Notes: generated by a model from the letters alone, not told the origin. A stretch of 64,000 nt of DNA from Candidatus Hydrogenedentota bacterium (GCA_045863335.1 BTVY01000031.1:1-64000), one strand, 5' to 3'. Shown: positions 1 through 10,420, counted from the first letter of the stretch. Translations and numbers: made by a program.

Positions 1-75
1 GTTAGCACATGCTCCTCAACTTGTCTTCTGCACAGATTCTTGTGAGGAGCCAGAAGAAGTAAACTCATGAAGACC

Positions 76-232
76 GCGGGTTACCCACATCTCCACCGCC
101 CCGACGAGAGCCACGGCTGGAAACGCTCCGCTTGGGCCGTGGATATGTGGATAACCCGCTCAGGCTGACTCCTAAACACAGAGGACATTTCTAACGAGTT
201 AAGCCAGAGGACATTTCTAACGAGTCTTGACA
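76..232. mobile_element. Terminal segment of a TGT-ended DDE insertion element (IS1202/ISNCY-, IS481- or IS21-like); transposase lies outside the window or is lost
   Basis: Two perfect 21-bp direct repeats CAGAGGACATTTCTAACGAGT (179-199, 205-225) followed by CTTGACA ending at 232 (TGTCAAG on the - strand); subterminal inverted repeat 76-96/139-159. Confidence 0.6.
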
Positions 233-364
233 TTCCGCTCACCCTGCCTTGCACGTGATCCCCGTACGTGGTAGGCTCCCCGCTATGCCTCGCGCTGCAC
301 GAGGCGACTGGTCGGCCGCGGCACACGCCGCACTCACAAACAAGACAAAGGTGTAACTCACGCT

Positions 365-3300
365 ATGCGATTGACATACCGTCGTCTGCACTTGGCAGCG
401 CTCGCCACCGCGTTCTGCACAGTTCCTTTCTTCGCACTCGCGCAAGACATCGCCGTCGACGAAGACAGCGTGGACCGCGACTACAGCGCTGAACTCCCCC
501 GGATACCTCCGACCGAACCGGCGGACGTCATGTCGACGTTCCAGGTCAAACCGGGGTTCCGCATCGAACTGGTTGCGTCCGAACCGCTCGTCCGCGACCC
601 TATCGCCATGGCCTTCGATGAGCGGGGCCGCCTGTTCGTGGTCGAGATGCGCGGGTATTCCGAAGAGCGCGACGAGAACATCGGCGAAATCCGCATGCTG
701 GAAGACATCGACGGCGACGGCATCTACGACAAGGCCTCCACCTACGTGGGCGGGTTGGCATGGCCGACGGCCGTCGCGTGCTACGACGGCGGTGTTTTCG
801 TGGGCGTCGCGCCGGACATCCTCTACTGCAAAGACACCGACGGCGACGGCCAGGCCGACATCAAGGAGGTCGTCTACACGGGGTTCAATCTCACCAACGT
901 GCAAGGCCTCATGAATACCTTCCTCTGGGGCCTCGACTCGCGCATCCACGGCGCAACCAGCAGTTCCGGAGCCGAGGTCCGGCCGGCGGACGATCTCGCG
1001 CGCCTTCCGATTTCGCTGCGGGGGCGTGATTTCAGTTTCGATCCCGTGACGCGGGACTTCCGGCCCGAAAGCGGCGGCGCGCAGCACGGTATGAGTTTCA
1101 ACGACTGGGGCCGCAAATTCGTCTGCTCGAACAGCGACCACATCCAGCTCGTCATGTTCGAGGACCGCTACATCGATCGCAATCCCTATCTCGCCGCGCC
1201 GGGCCCTCGCATCAGCATCGCGGTGGACGGTCCCTCCGCCGACGTGTTTCGGATCAGCCCCGTCGAACCCTGGCGGATCGTGCGCACGCGCCTGCGCGTG
1301 AAGGGACTCGTGCCCGGTCCCGTGGAAGGCGGCGGCACGGCTTCCGGTTATTTCACCAGCGCGACAGGCGTGACGATTTACCGGGGCGACGCGTGGCCCG
1401 AGGAGTACCGCGGCAATGCCATTATCGCCGATGTGGGCAGCAACCTCATCCACCGCAAAGTGATTTCGCCAAAGGGCGTCGAACTCTCCGCCCAGCGCGC
1501 GGAAGGCGAGGAGAAGGTCGAGTTTATTGCGTCGTCCGACATCTGGTTCCGTCCAGTCCAATTCGCGAACGGACCCGACGGCGCACTGTACGTGGCCGAT
1601 ATGTACCGGGAGATCATCGAGCATCCCGACAGTCTGCCGCCGGTGATCAAGAAGCACCTCGACCTGACCAGCGGCCGCGACCGTGGGCGCATCTACCGCA
1701 TCGTGCCGGAGGAATTCTCGCAACCCGCGATTCCCAATCTTGGCCCCGCGCCGTCCTCGGGACTGGTCTCGTTGCTGGACCATCCAAACGCGTGGCACCG
1801 CGAAACGGCAGCCCGGTTGCTTTATGAGCGCCGGGACACCGCCGTGGCGTCGGACATCCGCGACCTCGTGTCCAACGCGTCGAGTCCTGCCGGTCGCATT
1901 CAGGCTTTGTATGCGCTGGACGGTATGGGCGAACTCGATGCCGATACGATTTTGAAGGCATTGAAGGACGACGATCACCACGTGCGCGAACACGCCGTCC
2001 GGCTGTCCGAGCCGTTTCTTCGGGAGAACAATGAGGCGCTTCGCAACGAAGTCATCGCGTTGGCGGACGACCCGGAACTACGCGTGCAGTATCAAGTTGC
2101 ATTCTCGCTGGGCGAATGCCAGGGAGCGGATCGCAACGGGGCGTTGGTGGATATTGCGAAAGCGCATAGCGACGACCAGTGGTTTCGGCTCGCGCTGCTG
2201 AGTTCGTCCGTCTACGGTTCCGGGGAGATTTTCGCCGCGCTGGCGGACGACGTGGACTACCGCAAGTCCGGCGCGGGCCGCGGGTTTCTGGAAGACCTCG
2301 CGTTGCAGGTTGGCGCAACGGGTCTCGATTCTGACGTGACCGTGGCCCTTGAGCGTATTGACGCGCTGCCGTCCGAAGAGGATGCGCTGGCGCAGAACGC
2401 CGTACGCGGCCTCATCCAGGGCATGAAACAAGCCGGCAAAGGCGGCGAAGCGCAGGCGGTGCTGGCGTCCAGCGAGCGGGCCGAGGCCTTGCTGGCGCAG
2501 ATGTTGGCGTCGGCTCATCAAGTTGCCGGCAATACGGACGAGGAAGTCGCGAAACGCGTCGATGCAATTCAGACCCTTGGATTCGACAACTACGACAACA
2601 CCCACGAGATTCTCTTCTCGATGTTGGATCAACGTCAGCCGGTGGAAGTGCAGCGGGCGGCCCTGGCTACACTGCGCAAATTCGAAAACCTGGAAATCGC
2701 GTCGGCGATCCTCGAAGCCTGGCCCGGCATGACCCCGCCGTTGCGCGCCCAAGCCATCGAAGCCCTGTTCTCGCGGGAACCCTGGCTGGTGAAACTGCTG
2801 GACGCCATCGGCGAAGGCGATTTCCGCGCGACGGACCTCGACTCACTACGGGTCCGCTCGCTTCTCGCCTACGACAACGCGGATATCCGCGCCCAGGCGG
2901 AACGCGTGTTGGCCGATTACAATCTCGGCTCGCGTCAGGAAGTCGTCGATGCCTATCAGGACGTGCTCGCCATGAAGGGAGATCCGGAGCGGGGCAAGGC
3001 CGTGTTCACCGAGAATTGCAGCAAGTGCCACAAGCTGCAAGGCGTGGGCTTTGAAGTCGGCCCCGACCTTTCAACCGTGGCCCAGGCCGGGCCCGACAAG
3101 ATTCTCGTGAACGTGCTCGATCCGAACCGTGAGGTGAACCCGCAATACGTGAACTATACGATCGAAACCAGTGACTGGGAGTCCCACAGCGGCATCATCG
3201 CGTCGGAGACCGCGACGAGCATCACGCTGAAGCGCGCCAACGGCGAAGCCGACACCGTGCTCCGCGTGAATATCGATGACATCAAGAGCGATAATCTATC

Positions 3301-3382
3301 CATCATGCCCGAAGGTTGGGAGCAGACCATCAGCAAGGAAGACCTCGCGAGTTTGATTGCGTATCTGACTTCGTTGGAGTAA
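365..3382 (+). CDS. PVC-type heme-binding CxxCH protein (putative membrane-bound dehydrogenase: beta-propeller + HEAT repeats + cytochrome c)
   Basis: Signal peptide; ELVASEPLVRDPIAMAFDERGRLFVVEM, FRPVQFANGPDGALYVADMYR and C-terminal CSKCH...GPDLS...SIMPEG motifs. Confidence 0.85.
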   Translation: MRLTYRRLHLAALATAFCTVPFFALAQDIAVDEDSVDRDYSAELPRIPPTEPADVMSTFQVKPGFRIELVASEPLVRDPIAMAFDERGRLFVVEMRGYSEERDENIGEIRMLEDIDGDGIYDKASTYVGGLAWPTAVACYDGGVFVGVAPDILYCKDTDGDGQADIKEVVYTGFNLTNVQGLMNTFLWGLDSRIHGATSSSGAEVRPADDLARLPISLRGRDFSFDPVTRDFRPESGGAQHGMSFNDWGRKFVCSNSDHIQLVMFEDRYIDRNPYLAAPGPRISIAVDGPSADVFRISPVEPWRIVRTRLRVKGLVPGPVEGGGTASGYFTSATGVTIYRGDAWPEEYRGNAIIADVGSNLIHRKVISPKGVELSAQRAEGEEKVEFIASSDIWFRPVQFANGPDGALYVADMYREIIEHPDSLPPVIKKHLDLTSGRDRGRIYRIVPEEFSQPAIPNLGPAPSSGLVSLLDHPNAWHRETAARLLYERRDTAVASDIRDLVSNASSPAGRIQALYALDGMGELDADTILKALKDDDHHVREHAVRLSEPFLRENNEALRNEVIALADDPELRVQYQVAFSLGECQGADRNGALVDIAKAHSDDQWFRLALLSSSVYGSGEIFAALADDVDYRKSGAGRGFLEDLALQVGATGLDSDVTVALERIDALPSEEDALAQNAVRGLIQGMKQAGKGGEAQAVLASSERAEALLAQMLASAHQVAGNTDEEVAKRVDAIQTLGFDNYDNTHEILFSMLDQRQPVEVQRAALATLRKFENLEIASAILEAWPGMTPPLRAQAIEALFSREPWLVKLLDAIGEGDFRATDLDSLRVRSLLAYDNADIRAQAERVLADYNLGSRQEVVDAYQDVLAMKGDPERGKAVFTENCSKCHKLQGVGFEVGPDLSTVAQAGPDKILVNVLDPNREVNPQYVNYTIETSDWESHSGIIASETATSITLKRANGEADTVLRVNIDDIKSDNLSIMPEGWEQTISKEDLASLIAYLTSLE

Positions 3383-3401
3383 CTCCACGAGGGAGGTGGG
3401 T

Positions 3402-4127
3402 ATGGCCCAAGACTGCATCCAGAAGTCCCGAGCGGGGAAGCCTCTTAGTTTTATGGCAGGCGCTGCGCTCACGGTGCTGGCATCCGCGTGCGGGCCCGCC
3501 AAAGCGCCCGAAAAACCTGTGGAAGCAGTCGCCCCGGTCGCCCAGGCGGCGGAGGTCCATCTCGTGCCGGCTTCGCCCATCGACTTTTCGGACCGGAGCG
3601 GCAAACCGGAATTTCAGAACGCGCTGGGCCAATTATCGAGTGAGTTGGGACTTCGCTTCTCCCCGATGGAAGCAATTGGCGGCGCGTATCAAGCGACCGC
3701 GTCGCACGAGAGCGCCGAGGAGAATCTGCTGGCGTGGCATCAGGCGGCTTTGAAGCACGGAGCGTTCCTGTTTCGAGTCGAATGCCATTTCGGCATCGGT
3801 ACGCAACCTGACGTGATCGCCGTGCTGCCGACAACGGATCAGTACGAGGTCATCCAGGCCGTGGGCACGGACGGTGTCAATTTCGACGTGGACAACGCAG
3901 AGGTCATCGTCTGGCTGCGCGGCATGGAAGAGCAGAACCCCTTTACCCTGACCGGCGCCGGGCAGGATTTTCTGGAAGGGTACTTCGTGACGCCTCCGGA
4001 GAACGCGCCCGCGCTTGCCAAGCGCATGTACGACTTCTGCCCGGACATCGTCGATCAAGGCACTGGTACGGTCGAAGCCTTGGCCGGCGAATTGAAGCAC
4101 GGAAAGCTGTATCTCTGGTGGGACTGA
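3402..4127 (+). CDS. DUF4253 domain-containing lipoprotein
   Basis: GGAGG SD before ATG 3402; lipobox-like LASAC; C-terminal YDFCPDIVDQG...LYLWWD typical of DUF4253. Confidence 0.75.
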   Translation: MAQDCIQKSRAGKPLSFMAGAALTVLASACGPAKAPEKPVEAVAPVAQAAEVHLVPASPIDFSDRSGKPEFQNALGQLSSELGLRFSPMEAIGGAYQATASHESAEENLLAWHQAALKHGAFLFRVECHFGIGTQPDVIAVLPTTDQYEVIQAVGTDGVNFDVDNAEVIVWLRGMEEQNPFTLTGAGQDFLEGYFVTPPENAPALAKRMYDFCPDIVDQGTGTVEALAGELKHGKLYLWWD

Positions 4128-4155
4128 GCCTCGGGAATTTTACGAAAGGTAGTTC

Positions 4156-5127
4156 ATGAGACACTCGGTAAGTGAAAGGAATCCGCGTAAACTCTCTCGT
4201 CGCGGGTTTCTCGGTGTGACCGCCGCCATGGCAATCGGTTTGACCGCGCGCGGGGTTGACCCGGAAGAGACGTCCGCGATGGCTACGGGTCCTTTCTTCG
4301 ACATACACACCCACCTCGGTCAGAATTGGGGGAACCGTCCGCCCCTCGATCCCGAGGGATTGCTGCGTTGGATGGACAGCCGGAACGTGGCGCAGGCTGC
4401 CGTGCTGCCGTTGATTTCGCCCGAATCCTGGGATCACGTGCTGACGCCCGATTATGTGTTGTCCCAAACGGAACCCTACCGCGACCGCTTGATTCCTTTT
4501 TGCTCCATCGACCCGCGCACGCTCAACTTGAACGGATACCAGCCCAAGCTCGATCTCCTGCTCCGGTACAAGGAAGCAGGCGCCAAGGGATTCGGCGAGC
4601 ACAAATGTGGAATCGCCATGGACGACCCGCGCAATCTGGAGATCTACGCCGCCTGCGCGGAAGCCAAGCTGCCCGTGCTGTTCCATATGGACAACCAGCG
4701 CAACATGGACCAGCCGGGCCTGCCCGGACTCACGAAGGTTTTAGAGCAAGTTCCCGAAGGCGTGTTCATCGGTCACGCCAACGGGTGGTGGGCCGCCATT
4801 TCCGGCGACTGCACGCAAGAGGATATGGGCAGCTACCCGAACCGGCCCGTCACGCCGGGCGGCGCCATGGACGCGCTCATGGATCGGTTCCCGAACATCT
4901 ACGCGGATCTGTCCGCGGGCAGCGGCGCGAACGCGATCATGCGCGACATGACGTTCGGGAGAGAGTTCGTAATACGGCGCGCGGACCGGCTCCTGTTCGG
5001 GACCGACTACCTCGCGCCGGGGCAGAAGGTCGTTCAGTTCAGTCTGTATGGTGAGATGGATTTGCCCGAGGATGTGAAGGCCAAAGTGTTCCGCGACAAC
5101 GCCCGCGCGTTGCTGGGACTGCAATAA
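4156..5127 (+). CDS. Amidohydrolase family protein (Amidohydro_2), Tat-exported
   Basis: SRRGFLG Tat motif; DIHTH metal motif, GFGEHK, LFGTDY. Confidence 0.85.
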   Translation: MRHSVSERNPRKLSRRGFLGVTAAMAIGLTARGVDPEETSAMATGPFFDIHTHLGQNWGNRPPLDPEGLLRWMDSRNVAQAAVLPLISPESWDHVLTPDYVLSQTEPYRDRLIPFCSIDPRTLNLNGYQPKLDLLLRYKEAGAKGFGEHKCGIAMDDPRNLEIYAACAEAKLPVLFHMDNQRNMDQPGLPGLTKVLEQVPEGVFIGHANGWWAAISGDCTQEDMGSYPNRPVTPGGAMDALMDRFPNIYADLSAGSGANAIMRDMTFGREFVIRRADRLLFGTDYLAPGQKVVQFSLYGEMDLPEDVKAKVFRDNARALLGLQ

Positions 5128-5139
5128 CGAGGAAGTATC

Positions 5140-6060
5140 ATGCGCAAACGTGGATTTACGTTGATTGAACTATTGGTGGTTATCGCCATTATCGGCATAC
5201 TTGCCGCCATTCTGCTGCCCGCCCTGGCGCGGGCGCGTGAAGCGGCGCGGCGCGCGTCCTGCCAGAACAACCTCAAGCAGATGGGCGTCGTGTTCAAGAT
5301 GTACGGCAACGAAAGCATCGGCGAGATCCTGCCGCGCGTACACGGCGACCAAGCCTTCGGGGCCGCGGCCAACGCGACCGGCTGCGATCCGGATTCATTC
5401 CATGACGACACCGCGTTCGGTCCCCACATCCCGGCGGTCTATCCCGAGTACCTCACTGACCTGAACGTGCTGCTTTGTCCTTCTGACGGCGATCTCGGCT
5501 CGGACAATCCCCTCCTCATCGTGGCCGACGATGGTAGCGGCACCTGCGAGCACGAGCACGAAGTCACCTATGCGGACCAGAGCTACAACTATCTCGGCTA
5601 CGTCCTCGATCGCGTCGATGAATCCGATCCGACGGTAAGCGTGCCTTTTCCGGGTCCGGCACAAATGGTCGGGTTGTCGCTCATGTTCGGCAGCGTTCTC
5701 TTCAACATGGATCCCGCCGATGACGAGGTGACAGACGAGCCGGTTGATTTGGCGGCATACGGATTCGGAGGCTTGGGCTATGGCAACGGCGCGGGTGATA
5801 CGATCAACCGGCTGAAAGAAGGCATCGAGCGGTTCATGGTCACGGACATCAACAACCCGGCCGGGTCCGCGGTGGCCCAAAGCGAAATGCCCATCATGTG
5901 GGACAAGATCAGCACGAATCCCAGCGGCGGGATCGGGTACAATCACATTCCCGGGGGATGCAATACGCTGTACTTCGACGGGCATGTGGCGTTCGTGAAG
6001 TTCGGCGAACGGTTCCCCGCAACGCGTTCGCACGCGACCTTGAACTCGCTGTTCGAGTAG
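5140..6060 (+). CDS. Prepilin-type N-terminal cleavage/methylation protein, DUF1559 / H-X9-DG family
   Basis: [44 protein letters not shown]-terminus; C-terminal [16 protein letters not shown]. Confidence 0.9.
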   Translation: MRKRGFTLIELLVVIAIIGILAAILLPALARAREAARRASCQNNLKQMGVVFKMYGNESIGEILPRVHGDQAFGAAANATGCDPDSFHDDTAFGPHIPAVYPEYLTDLNVLLCPSDGDLGSDNPLLIVADDGSGTCEHEHEVTYADQSYNYLGYVLDRVDESDPTVSVPFPGPAQMVGLSLMFGSVLFNMDPADDEVTDEPVDLAAYGFGGLGYGNGAGDTINRLKEGIERFMVTDINNPAGSAVAQSEMPIMWDKISTNPSGGIGYNHIPGGCNTLYFDGHVAFVKFGERFPATRSHATLNSLFE

Positions 6061-6083
6061 TCGCTGCATCGGAGGAGGCCGGC

Positions 6084-6956
6084 ATGCAGTACCATGGTCA
6101 CCGCGTAACCCGCAGGTCGATGCTCCGCCATATGACCGCCGCGGCCGGGGCGGTTGCGTTTTTCCCCCACGTCAGCAAGGCGCAGGACGCTGCGCCGCGA
6201 TTCCGCATTGGCGCTTGCGACTGGTCTCTGGGGAAACAGAGTGACGTCGCCGCGTTTGCCGTTGCCAAGGAGCTGGGTCTCGACGGCGTGCAGGTCAGCC
6301 TCGGTACCGAGGCCAACGACATGCATTTGCGGCGTCCGGATATCCAGCAGCAGTTTCTCGACGCCGCATCGCAACAGGGCGTCGCGATCGCATCGTTGGC
6401 CATCGGCGAACTTAACCGCATTCCCTACAAGAGTGATCCCCGCGCCGAGGTGTGGGTTCGCGACAGCATCGACGTGTGCACCGCGCTGGGAGTCAACGTC
6501 GTGTTGCTCGCGTTCTTCAGCGAAGGCGATCTCCGCGACGATCCGCAAGGCGTCGATACCGTGGTCGAACGCCTGAAACTCGTTGCCCCCAAGGCCGAAG
6601 AAGCGGGAGTGTACCTCGCCATCGAATCCTGGTTGAGCGGACCCCAGCACCTTGAGATCATTGAACGCGTCGGATCACCAAACGTCAAGGTGTACTACGA
6701 CGTGGGCAACAGCCACCTCCGCGGCTACGACATCTACCAGGAAATCCGCGATCTTGGCACCAAACACATCTGCGAGTTCCACGCGAAGGATTACGAACAC
6801 ATCTTCGGGCAGGGCAAAGTCGATTTCGTCGAAGTCCGAAAAGCCATGGACGACATTGGCTACAGCGGCTGGATCCAGATCGAAGGCGCCCAACCCCTCG
6901 GCCTCATGGAAAGCTACACCGCCGACGAGAAATACCTGCGGCAAGTCTTCTCCTAG
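6084..6956 (+). CDS. Sugar phosphate isomerase/epimerase (xylose isomerase-like TIM barrel), Tat signal
   Basis: GGAGGAGG SD before ATG 6084; TRRSML Tat motif; LAIES, YYDVGN, FHAKD, IQIE metal ligands. Confidence 0.85.
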   Translation: MQYHGHRVTRRSMLRHMTAAAGAVAFFPHVSKAQDAAPRFRIGACDWSLGKQSDVAAFAVAKELGLDGVQVSLGTEANDMHLRRPDIQQQFLDAASQQGVAIASLAIGELNRIPYKSDPRAEVWVRDSIDVCTALGVNVVLLAFFSEGDLRDDPQGVDTVVERLKLVAPKAEEAGVYLAIESWLSGPQHLEIIERVGSPNVKVYYDVGNSHLRGYDIYQEIRDLGTKHICEFHAKDYEHIFGQGKVDFVEVRKAMDDIGYSGWIQIEGAQPLGLMESYTADEKYLRQVFS

Positions 6957-7156
6957 CCGGAGCTTCCTCGCATCGTCAACTCCTCGAACGGGGATTTCCA
7001 GAAGCGGGATCCATATTCAGCCCCCGGTTCTTGCCCAAGTACGGAGCCATGCTATTATACGGTTGCGCTCCGCGCCTCTGGGGGACGCCTTTTCAGGCGG
7101 TGCGGCGTGCTGTCAGGTAGCCGGAAACGGACCTGGGGGTCCGTAAAGGGGGAATC

Positions 7157-8215
7157 ATGCCAACCAACTATCCAACTCGCCGCAGATTCTTGACCACCGC
7201 CACCGCCGGCGCGGCTGCCCTCGGCGCCTTGCAGCTAGCACCAACTTCCACGGCGCAACCGCCGGAGCCCGAGTCCGGAGCCCAGCGCCTGCCTCTTGAA
7301 AAGCTCCAGGAATGGGAAGCCTGGAAGTACGGCATGTTCATCCACTACGGCATGAGCACCTACGTGGAAAACGAGTTGCCGGACGGCAAGGCCCCGGCCT
7401 CCACCTACGCACCCACGGCACTGGATGTGGACCAATGGGTGGCCGTCGCCCGGGACGCCGGCATGAAGTATGCCGTCCTCACCACCAAGCACGTCGCCGG
7501 CCACTGTCTCTGGCCCACGAAGCATACGGATTATTCGGTGGTGAACAGCGGCGACACAACGGATGTGGTCGGGAAGTTCGTCGAATCCTGCGAAAAGCGC
7601 GGGCTTCTCCCAGGGTTCTACTATTGTTCCTGGGACAACCACAACCGCTTCGGCAGCCAGACGCCTTCCGATGGTAAGCAGGAGTTCCCGGCCTACACCA
7701 CGTCCTTGTATCAGACTTTCCAGACCGCGCAGATCACGGAACTTCTAACGCAGTACGGCCCCATCGCCGAAATGTGGATCGACATCCCCGGTGTGCTTGG
7801 CAGAGGCTACCGGACCTTCCTCTATAACCACGTCGCGACGTTGCAGCCGGATACCGTCATCATGATGAACAGCGGGATCTCCACCGGCGAGGATTACAAT
7901 GTCGACTACGCCTGGCCCTCGGATCTCATCGCCATCGAACGCCGCATCCCGCCCGACCAGGGTCACAACCCCTGGCGCGAAATCGAGGGCAAACACTACT
8001 ACATACCGGGCGAAGTCTGCGATCCCATCGGCAAGGAGTGGTTCTACGTCGAAGGCGACGTTCCCCGCCCCGACGCGGAACTGCTAGAACAATTCCAGAA
8101 CTGTAAGGCACGCGGGGTGAATCTTCTCCTCGACGTTCCCCCGGACAAGAGCGGGAAGATCCCGGACATGCACGTCGAAGCATTGAACCGTCTTGCAAAG
8201 AATGCGGGCCTCTAG
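7157..8215 (+). CDS. Alpha-L-fucosidase (GH29), Tat signal
   Basis: TRRRFL; KYGMFIHYG, AGMKYAVLTTKHVAGHCLWPT, EMWID, NLLLDVPPDKSGKIP. Confidence 0.85.
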   Translation: MPTNYPTRRRFLTTATAGAAALGALQLAPTSTAQPPEPESGAQRLPLEKLQEWEAWKYGMFIHYGMSTYVENELPDGKAPASTYAPTALDVDQWVAVARDAGMKYAVLTTKHVAGHCLWPTKHTDYSVVNSGDTTDVVGKFVESCEKRGLLPGFYYCSWDNHNRFGSQTPSDGKQEFPAYTTSLYQTFQTAQITELLTQYGPIAEMWIDIPGVLGRGYRTFLYNHVATLQPDTVIMMNSGISTGEDYNVDYAWPSDLIAIERRIPPDQGHNPWREIEGKHYYIPGEVCDPIGKEWFYVEGDVPRPDAELLEQFQNCKARGVNLLLDVPPDKSGKIPDMHVEALNRLAKNAGL

Positions 8216-8271
8216 TCGGGAGGAAATCGCGCAGCACTATCCGGCAAGCCAATGCCCTGAAGTCCCTCCAA

Positions 8272-8533
8272 ATCGCTATCGGTATCGGTATCGGTATCGG
8301 TAAATATTCATCCAAATGGCGCAGCCTTCATCATCATGCCAACACATGCGCAAACTCCCCATACCGTCATCCCCGCGAAAGCGGGGACCCATCTTCAGCG
8401 TTGCGGCGTCGAATGCGAATAGACGTGGTTACGCGCTCTTGCAGGGATGACGAGGTGGATGACCGGAACCGGAATCGGAACTGGGCCGAAGGAGTCTGTC
8501 AATCCCGATACCGATAGCGATACCGATACCGAT
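8272..8533. repeat. Composite intergenic repeat: (TATCGG)n and inverted (CCGATA)n hexamer tracts flanking a REP-like hairpin
   Basis: TATCGG x4 at 8277-8300; GTCATCCCCGCGAAAGCGGGGACCCA at 8366-8391 with partner GGGATGACG 8444-8452; CCGATA tract 8505-8533; lies between convergent genes. Confidence 0.75.
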
Positions 8534-8548
8534 GAAGATTGCCCGGGA

Positions 8549-9736
8549 TCAGTCTGCTGCAAACCCGGTGTACAAATCCCGCAACGCCTGCCCGGCCGCA
8601 GCCTCGTACGCTATCGGATCAGGCCGGAAATACAGCGACGCCGTCGTCTCACCCTCCGTCTCGCCCATGGTGAGTTGCCCGTGATCGGACACCTCGAACA
8701 CGCAGGGCATCAAACCTTCCTCGATCGCCGTTGCATCGGACCCGGCTGATGACTTCGGCAACAGCCGGTACGGCTCACCCCCCCGCGCGATGAACCGCCG
8801 CTCCGCAACCTGTGCCCATACCGCTGTTTCCCACACGTGGTGCTCGTGGCCGTAGTGTTCCGTCATGTCCGTTAAGGGTTCCGTTTCATCCATGGCATTC
8901 AGGAAGTCCATGCGAGTCGAACCACCAAATGCGAACTCGATGTACCGTTGGAGCGGCGGCGCCATCTCGCGCACCCAGTTCAGGTTCTCCAGGGTCCAAT
9001 AACAATTGTGAGTGCCGAGCGCAAAAGGGCTCTCCTCCGTAGCGCAAGGATAGAGCGCCAGGGGCAGGTCCGAACGAATGAGCCGTACATACGCGTGCAC
9101 GTCCAGTTGCACGTTCCATTCCAGGTACCCCGGCGGATACCCGCCGATGCACAGATGCGCCAGCCGCACCTTCTCCCGCAGCAGTTTCGGCTCGCGGTTC
9201 TGCGCCACCGCCAACGGCCGCGCCGATCCAAAGGAAACTACGTCGACCGGCTCATTGCTCTCCCGAAGGGTCTCAATCAGCAGGTCAATCCCGCTCTGCT
9301 GAAACTTCGGCGCATCCGCCATGTCATCATCCGGCGAGCGCATAGGGTCAAACGGCGCGCACGCGCATGGCACGTTGCGGTCAAAGATGTAGTTGAGCTG
9401 GTGCACCGGGATGAACCCCGGCGCCCGCTGACCGCGCGGATCGTTGTAGCCGGGATATTCCTCGTTGATGTACGGACGCAGATAACGCCCGGTGACGTCC
9501 AGAATCACCGCCCGCAGATCCACCTCGGGAAGGGCATACGCCGCAATCAAATCGAAATTGTCCCCTCGATCCTGATGCGGATGATACAAATCCGTGATAT
9601 CAATCACCGGCCGCCGAACCGCACGCGGCCGCTCGACCCCGTCAGCACGCGCACCGGCGCTCGCGAGAGCAGCGCCCACGGCAAGTCCGGAACCGATCTG
9701 CAAAAATCCACGGCGGGAAACGGGGATGTGTTTCAT
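8549..9736 (-). CDS. Nucleoside hydrolase-like protein (IU-NH fold), Tat signal
   Basis: MKHIPVSRRGFLQ start after GAGG SD; VIDITDLYHPHQDRGDNFDL resembles the N-terminal Asp cluster; EWNVQLD motif. Confidence 0.65.
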   Translation of the reverse strand: MKHIPVSRRGFLQIGSGLAVGAALASAGARADGVERPRAVRRPVIDITDLYHPHQDRGDNFDLIAAYALPEVDLRAVILDVTGRYLRPYINEEYPGYNDPRGQRAPGFIPVHQLNYIFDRNVPCACAPFDPMRSPDDDMADAPKFQQSGIDLLIETLRESNEPVDVVSFGSARPLAVAQNREPKLLREKVRLAHLCIGGYPPGYLEWNVQLDVHAYVRLIRSDLPLALYPCATEESPFALGTHNCYWTLENLNWVREMAPPLQRYIEFAFGGSTRMDFLNAMDETEPLTDMTEHYGHEHHVWETAVWAQVAERRFIARGGEPYRLLPKSSAGSDATAIEEGLMPCVFEVSDHGQLTMGETEGETTASLYFRPDPIAYEAAAGQALRDLYTGFAAD

Positions 9737-9925
9737 GACGTCCTCATTTCTTGCGTATGGCCATAGCGGCAGCGTATCGCAGGAGCCGGCTGGCGTCGGA
9801 CAACTCCCATGCGTGCTACACTTCATCCAATGTGATTACTGTTTGGCTTCCCCCAGTCAGAGTGCGTCTTTAGTATAGCCGACGATTGCGCGTCGGTCTG
9901 AATCGACCGCGAGAGAGACCGCAGA

Positions 9926-10126
9926 GTGTCTGATTCGATTGATAGTCCTGCCAAGTCCGATCCCCGTGTTGGGCTCTGCCTGACCTGCGTCCACGGTCGC
10001 GCGATCACACATCCCCACGGCGGCGATCCCTACTGGCGCTGCGGACTCTCCGATGCCGACAAGCGTTTCCCAAAATACCCGCGCCTGCCGGTGCTGCACT
10101 GCATTGGCTACGTACCGAAACCGTAG
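9926..10126 (+). CDS. Small conserved-looking Cys-rich hypothetical protein (possible metal binding)
   Basis: 66 aa, GTG start after GAGAGAG; CLTCVH...C...DKRFPKYPRLPVLHC pattern; fills the gap between divergent genes. Confidence 0.6.
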   Translation: MSDSIDSPAKSDPRVGLCLTCVHGRAITHPHGGDPYWRCGLSDADKRFPKYPRLPVLHCIGYVPKP

Positions 10127-10174
10127 CCATGAACGTAGCATTTGGCACCAGTGTGCTGAATTCGCGGGCCACCT

Positions 10175-10347
10175 CAAGAACATCCCCCTTGTCCCCCTTC
10201 AAAGGGGGAATTTGCACGTAATTCGGTCATTCGCATTTCTCATGTCGTGCAGTGCTCCGAAAAACATCGATTGGCTTCACGGTTCGCAATGCAACGCAAC
10301 GCGTTGCGAATACTCCCCCTTAAGGGGGATCAAGGGGGATGTTCTTG
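10175..10347. repeat. REP/MITE-like element with terminal inverted repeats
   Basis: Perfect 17-bp IR CAAGAACATCCCCCTTG (10175-10191) / CAAGGGGGATGTTCTTG (10331-10347), each next to a CCCCCTT..AAGGGGG hairpin. Confidence 0.7.
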
Positions 10348-10420
10348 GGTTTTCATGGAGAATTCTCCCTGCCAGGCGCGTACAATACTTCCAGACCATT
10401 CACCACAGGGGAGACCGATC

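Noticed and set aside
81-154. DnaA boxes as a replication origin
   Set aside because: Only two boxes, inside an IS-like hairpin; no AT-rich unwinding element and no dnaA/dnaN context
227-260. Outward -35 (TTGACA) from the IS end forming a hybrid promoter for the heme protein gene
   Set aside because: No acceptable -10 hexamer 16-18 nt downstream
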